64,000 nucleotides of DNA from Octopus bimaculoides (taxonomy: Eukaryota). Below the pieces are notes generated by a model that ran no database searches, was not told the DNA's origin, and saw only the letters and a program-made list of their open reading frames with translations. The DNA lies in contig NC_068986.1 of the NCBI RefSeq assembly GCF_001194135.2, forward strand, positions 51,035,366-51,099,365, read 5' to 3'. The position numbers and the translations under genes are program-made. Positions 60,911 to 64,000 of the stretch are shown piece by piece (position 1 is the first letter of the stretch; every line of letters begins with the position of its first letter).

Positions 60911-61183
60911 TTGTTCCTTCTCGAGCCATGCCTGGCTTATAAGGGCCGGTTTCCCGGTTTCATTGGCGTATAGGTTCCTCACCCGCCTGTTGCAGGTGAG
61001 CTGTTAAATGCAGGAGGAAAGAGTGAGAGAAAGTTTTGGCGAAAGAGTCAGCAGAAGTTCGCCATTACCTTCTGCCGGAGCCGCGTGGAGCTTAGGTGTT
61101 TCGCTCATAAACACACATATCGCCCGTCTGAGATTCGAACCCGCGATCCCTCGCTGCTCTAATCACTAGGCCATGTGCTTCCA
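60911..61183 (-). mobile_element. SINE related to family B
   Basis: 12-bp TSD CAGAGAAAAATG at 60899-60910 and 61184-61195; shares the head and GCTCCACG core. Confidence 0.85.
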
Positions 61184-61514
61184 CAGAGAAAAATGATATG
61201 CAGTATTTAGTTATATCTCTTTATGTACTGCGTTCAAATCCCGATGAGGTCGACTTTGCTTTATATCCTCTCAGTTCAATGAAATAAGTACCAGTGAAAC
61301 ACTGGGATCAATATAATCGATTGGCTTTCTACACATAAAATTTCTGGCCTTAAGCTTATATAATGGTTTTGTCGAGTGTAGTTAGTTGTTACCATTAGCT
61401 CTAGTACTTGACTGGTATTTTAGCTTATCGAAGTAGAAAGGATGATCTCAACTGTAATTAACTCGCCTATTTAGCAATTAAACAATTTTGTTTAACTAAC
61501 TTTAATTTTCCTTT

Positions 61515-61750
61515 CTAAACTGTTGACATAATATTGGTTTCAAATTGTGGCAAAAGGCCACCAATTTCAGGGAAGTGGGTAAGTCGATTATATTGACCCC
61601 AGTGTTCAACTGCTACTTCTTTTATCGACCCTGAAGAGATGAAAGGCAAAGTCAACCCCAGTGGAATTTGAATTCAGAACTTAAAGACATACGAAATGCC
61701 GCTAGGCATTTTGCCCAGCGTGCTAATGATTCTGCCAGCTCGCCACCTTA
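61515..61750 (-). mobile_element. SINE family C, full length
   Basis: Minus strand TAAGGTGGCGAGCTGGCAG...GGGTCGATAAAA...TTTGAAACCAA. Confidence 0.85.
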
Positions 61751-61959
61751 ATGGTTTACGTAATATTCCTTTAAATGTAAGACTGTACTTTTGTCGAAAC
61801 GAATGGGATTGTCTGTAGATTTAGTAGTATGAAGTAAAGATGAATAATGTCCCTTAATTTATTTGTATTCTTCTGTCTTCAGTTCACCTAGTTTTCACTT
61901 CTTCACACAGTATTCTTTTATGATATTAACTCTACTTTTTATACAATAGACAAAGATAT

Positions 61960-64000
61960 CTCTTAGCGATCGAATACATGCCATGACATTCCAGGCGCGT
62001 ACATTCATAACAGAACTTCATCAGGTATGACAGAAACCACAAAACAAGGCAAGTAATCATCTCTATGATAGAGAAAGGATCGGCGCTCATGGTAGAAACC
62101 ATAACTCGAAACGTTTCTCAACGTCCGGTTTTCACACTCGGGAGATTACGCTGCTGGTATCAAATGATATTTGTTGATTCAGCCCTTGTTCATAGAGGAT
62201 AGTGAGATCGTCATTCAAACAAAATGGGCAACCAGAGATTAGTGACGACAACTCTGACAAGTTCTGCTCAGACCATTTGCTCATTTTATGTGATTAACCA
62301 AAAGACGAGCACACACTTCCTCGTAAATACTAGAGCAAAATTGAATATCATGCCACTCACTTATGTGTGCAAAAAGCGTCAACGCAATTCCGTGTTACGG
62401 CGTGAGATCCTTATACTTAATTTGGGATTGAGGTGGATTTTCAAATGCTTATTCATCATCACAGAGATGCCTGCCCACCTCAGTAGAGCGCAATTCTTCA
62501 GCCATTTCGGTCCTTGAGGAAATGTTAAGCACTGACAGACCTTACTGTACGAAGAGTCACTATATGTACACCTAAAGTGAACTCGATATTAATGGGAACA
62601 ACTTCAACAAAATATGACACTTTCTTTTGTCAGCACTTAGATATTCTTTGCTACTCTAGGCACAAGGCCTAAAATTTTTGGGGAGGGGGCCAGTCGATTA
62701 GATCGACCTCAGTGCGAAACTGGTACTTAATTTATCGACCCCGAAAGGATGAAAGGCAAAGTCAACCTCGGCGGAGTTTGAACTCGGAACGTAAAGACAG
62801 ACGAAATACCGCTAAGCATTTCACCCGGCGTGCTAACGTTTCTGCCAGCTCGCTGCCTTGTCAGCACTCATATGTTAAATTTACAATGTACAATGACGGA
62901 ATAGTAGCGCATGCAGTTTTAACTTTAATATCGAGACACGAGGACCACCAATACCAGCTAAACCTCGTTGCATTGTTACAAATCAATTGAAGATTTTTAC
63001 GTTTAAGTTCGATCATATACTCGAACTAGGAATAATACATCCCTCAAAAAGTGACTGGTCTTCACCCTAACATATGGTGCCCCGAAAGAAACCATGTGTC
63101 TGGTGTTCTTTTGGTGATTATCATGCACTCAACGCCAACACCTTTCCAGACATTACCCGACACTCTCTTTACAGGATTTTTTTAAATAAATGGCGTGCAG
63201 GTTTTCTCGAAGGTAGATCTACTCAGAGCATATAGTTAGAGTCTGGTGGAATCGGAAAAAAAAACTGCAATTACAACGTCATTTGGTCCCTAATGGTTTG
63301 TATAATAGTCTTTTGGTCTTTTAATGCCGTACAGATATTCCATTCCTAATTGCACTGGTCTCAGCCTATCGCTCACTGACATGCCCAGGAATAGAAAGAA
63401 AAGGAAACGACAATTCAACCTCACGTCTTTCATAAAAAGTAAGAGGTTTATTGAAACGACTCCCCTGGTTTATCCCATAGCAGACTTACGACAGTATATG
63501 TTAGTAAAAGCATCGGATATTTGAGTGGAGGGTGTTTTGCATTTACTGGTATGACAACCACTCTTTTTCTTTTCTAAACATTTGCGACCACCAGAAACCA
63601 AGCAGGTAGGTTTTTCGGGGAATTACTTGCAGTTAATCTTAGCGTAAGGGTCGTAATTTTTGCCATTTCAACATCTGATATCCCCTAATGCGCGCTCTGA
63701 AGTCTAGACGTGACCAATACTCACCATCCGAGATTTCTCACCTCAACTACCTCTCACAGTAAACAACTGATATTAAGCGCAGTGAAAGATATTGAAAATG
63801 CAGTACCAGATTCACTCTTACTCACATCAATGCATTTCGCACTTCTGCTTTTATCAATTTGGATGAGCTAGCAGCTGGCCAGATTGATGAAAATCTCCCC
63901 AGTCAACACAAATCGTTACCTCTTTGATATTCCAGCAAGTGCCTCTTTTTGTCTCTAGCTTGACATATTTGATGTGATGTCACCACTGATCATGGATACC
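61960..64000 (+). mobile_element. Decayed Ty3/Gypsy LTR retrotransposon internal region (protease, partial RT, RNase H), with a SINE C insertion at ~62645-62850
   Basis: FYVINQKTSTHFLVNTRA (protease-like); FDHILELGIIHPSKSDWSSP*HMVP, VFSKVDLLRAY and KTAITTSFG (RT); LVKASDI*VEGVL, QPLFFFSK, RELLAV and YSPSEISHLNYLSQ (RNase H). The YxDD region appears deleted. Confidence 0.85.

Overview
AT-rich, repeat-dense metazoan genomic DNA with seven N gaps. The SINE and RTE-LINE families look like those of Octopus (inference; no search run). One multi-exon gene lies on the + strand: an hnRNP U / HNRNPUL1-family protein with 11 coding exons (13238-34996, 3816 nt spliced, 1271 aa), all phase-compatible GT-AG junctions, a SPRY domain and a P-loop (GLPGAGKT) domain. 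It has no visible SAP domain or RGG box, and instead carries a ~750-aa C-terminal exon with an RS/RD dipeptide tract. The rest is transposon debris: three tRNA-derived SINE families, many RTE 3' ends, CRE-, CR1- and L1/Tx1-like fragments, mariner/Tc1/hAT/TTAA MITEs and a decayed Gypsy element. The most interesting non-genic signals are (i) a ~330-bp tandem and inverted repeat at 51.9-52.8 kb whose two informative copies each carry a minimal type I hammerhead-ribozyme fold (retrozyme-like), (ii) a TIR-bounded ~745-bp mini-transposon carrying SAP and SWIM coding remnants, (iii) a 166-bp spacerless palindrome, and (iv) a candidate microexon or 3'UTR intron just after the stop codon. Repeat boundaries were read by eye and are approximate.
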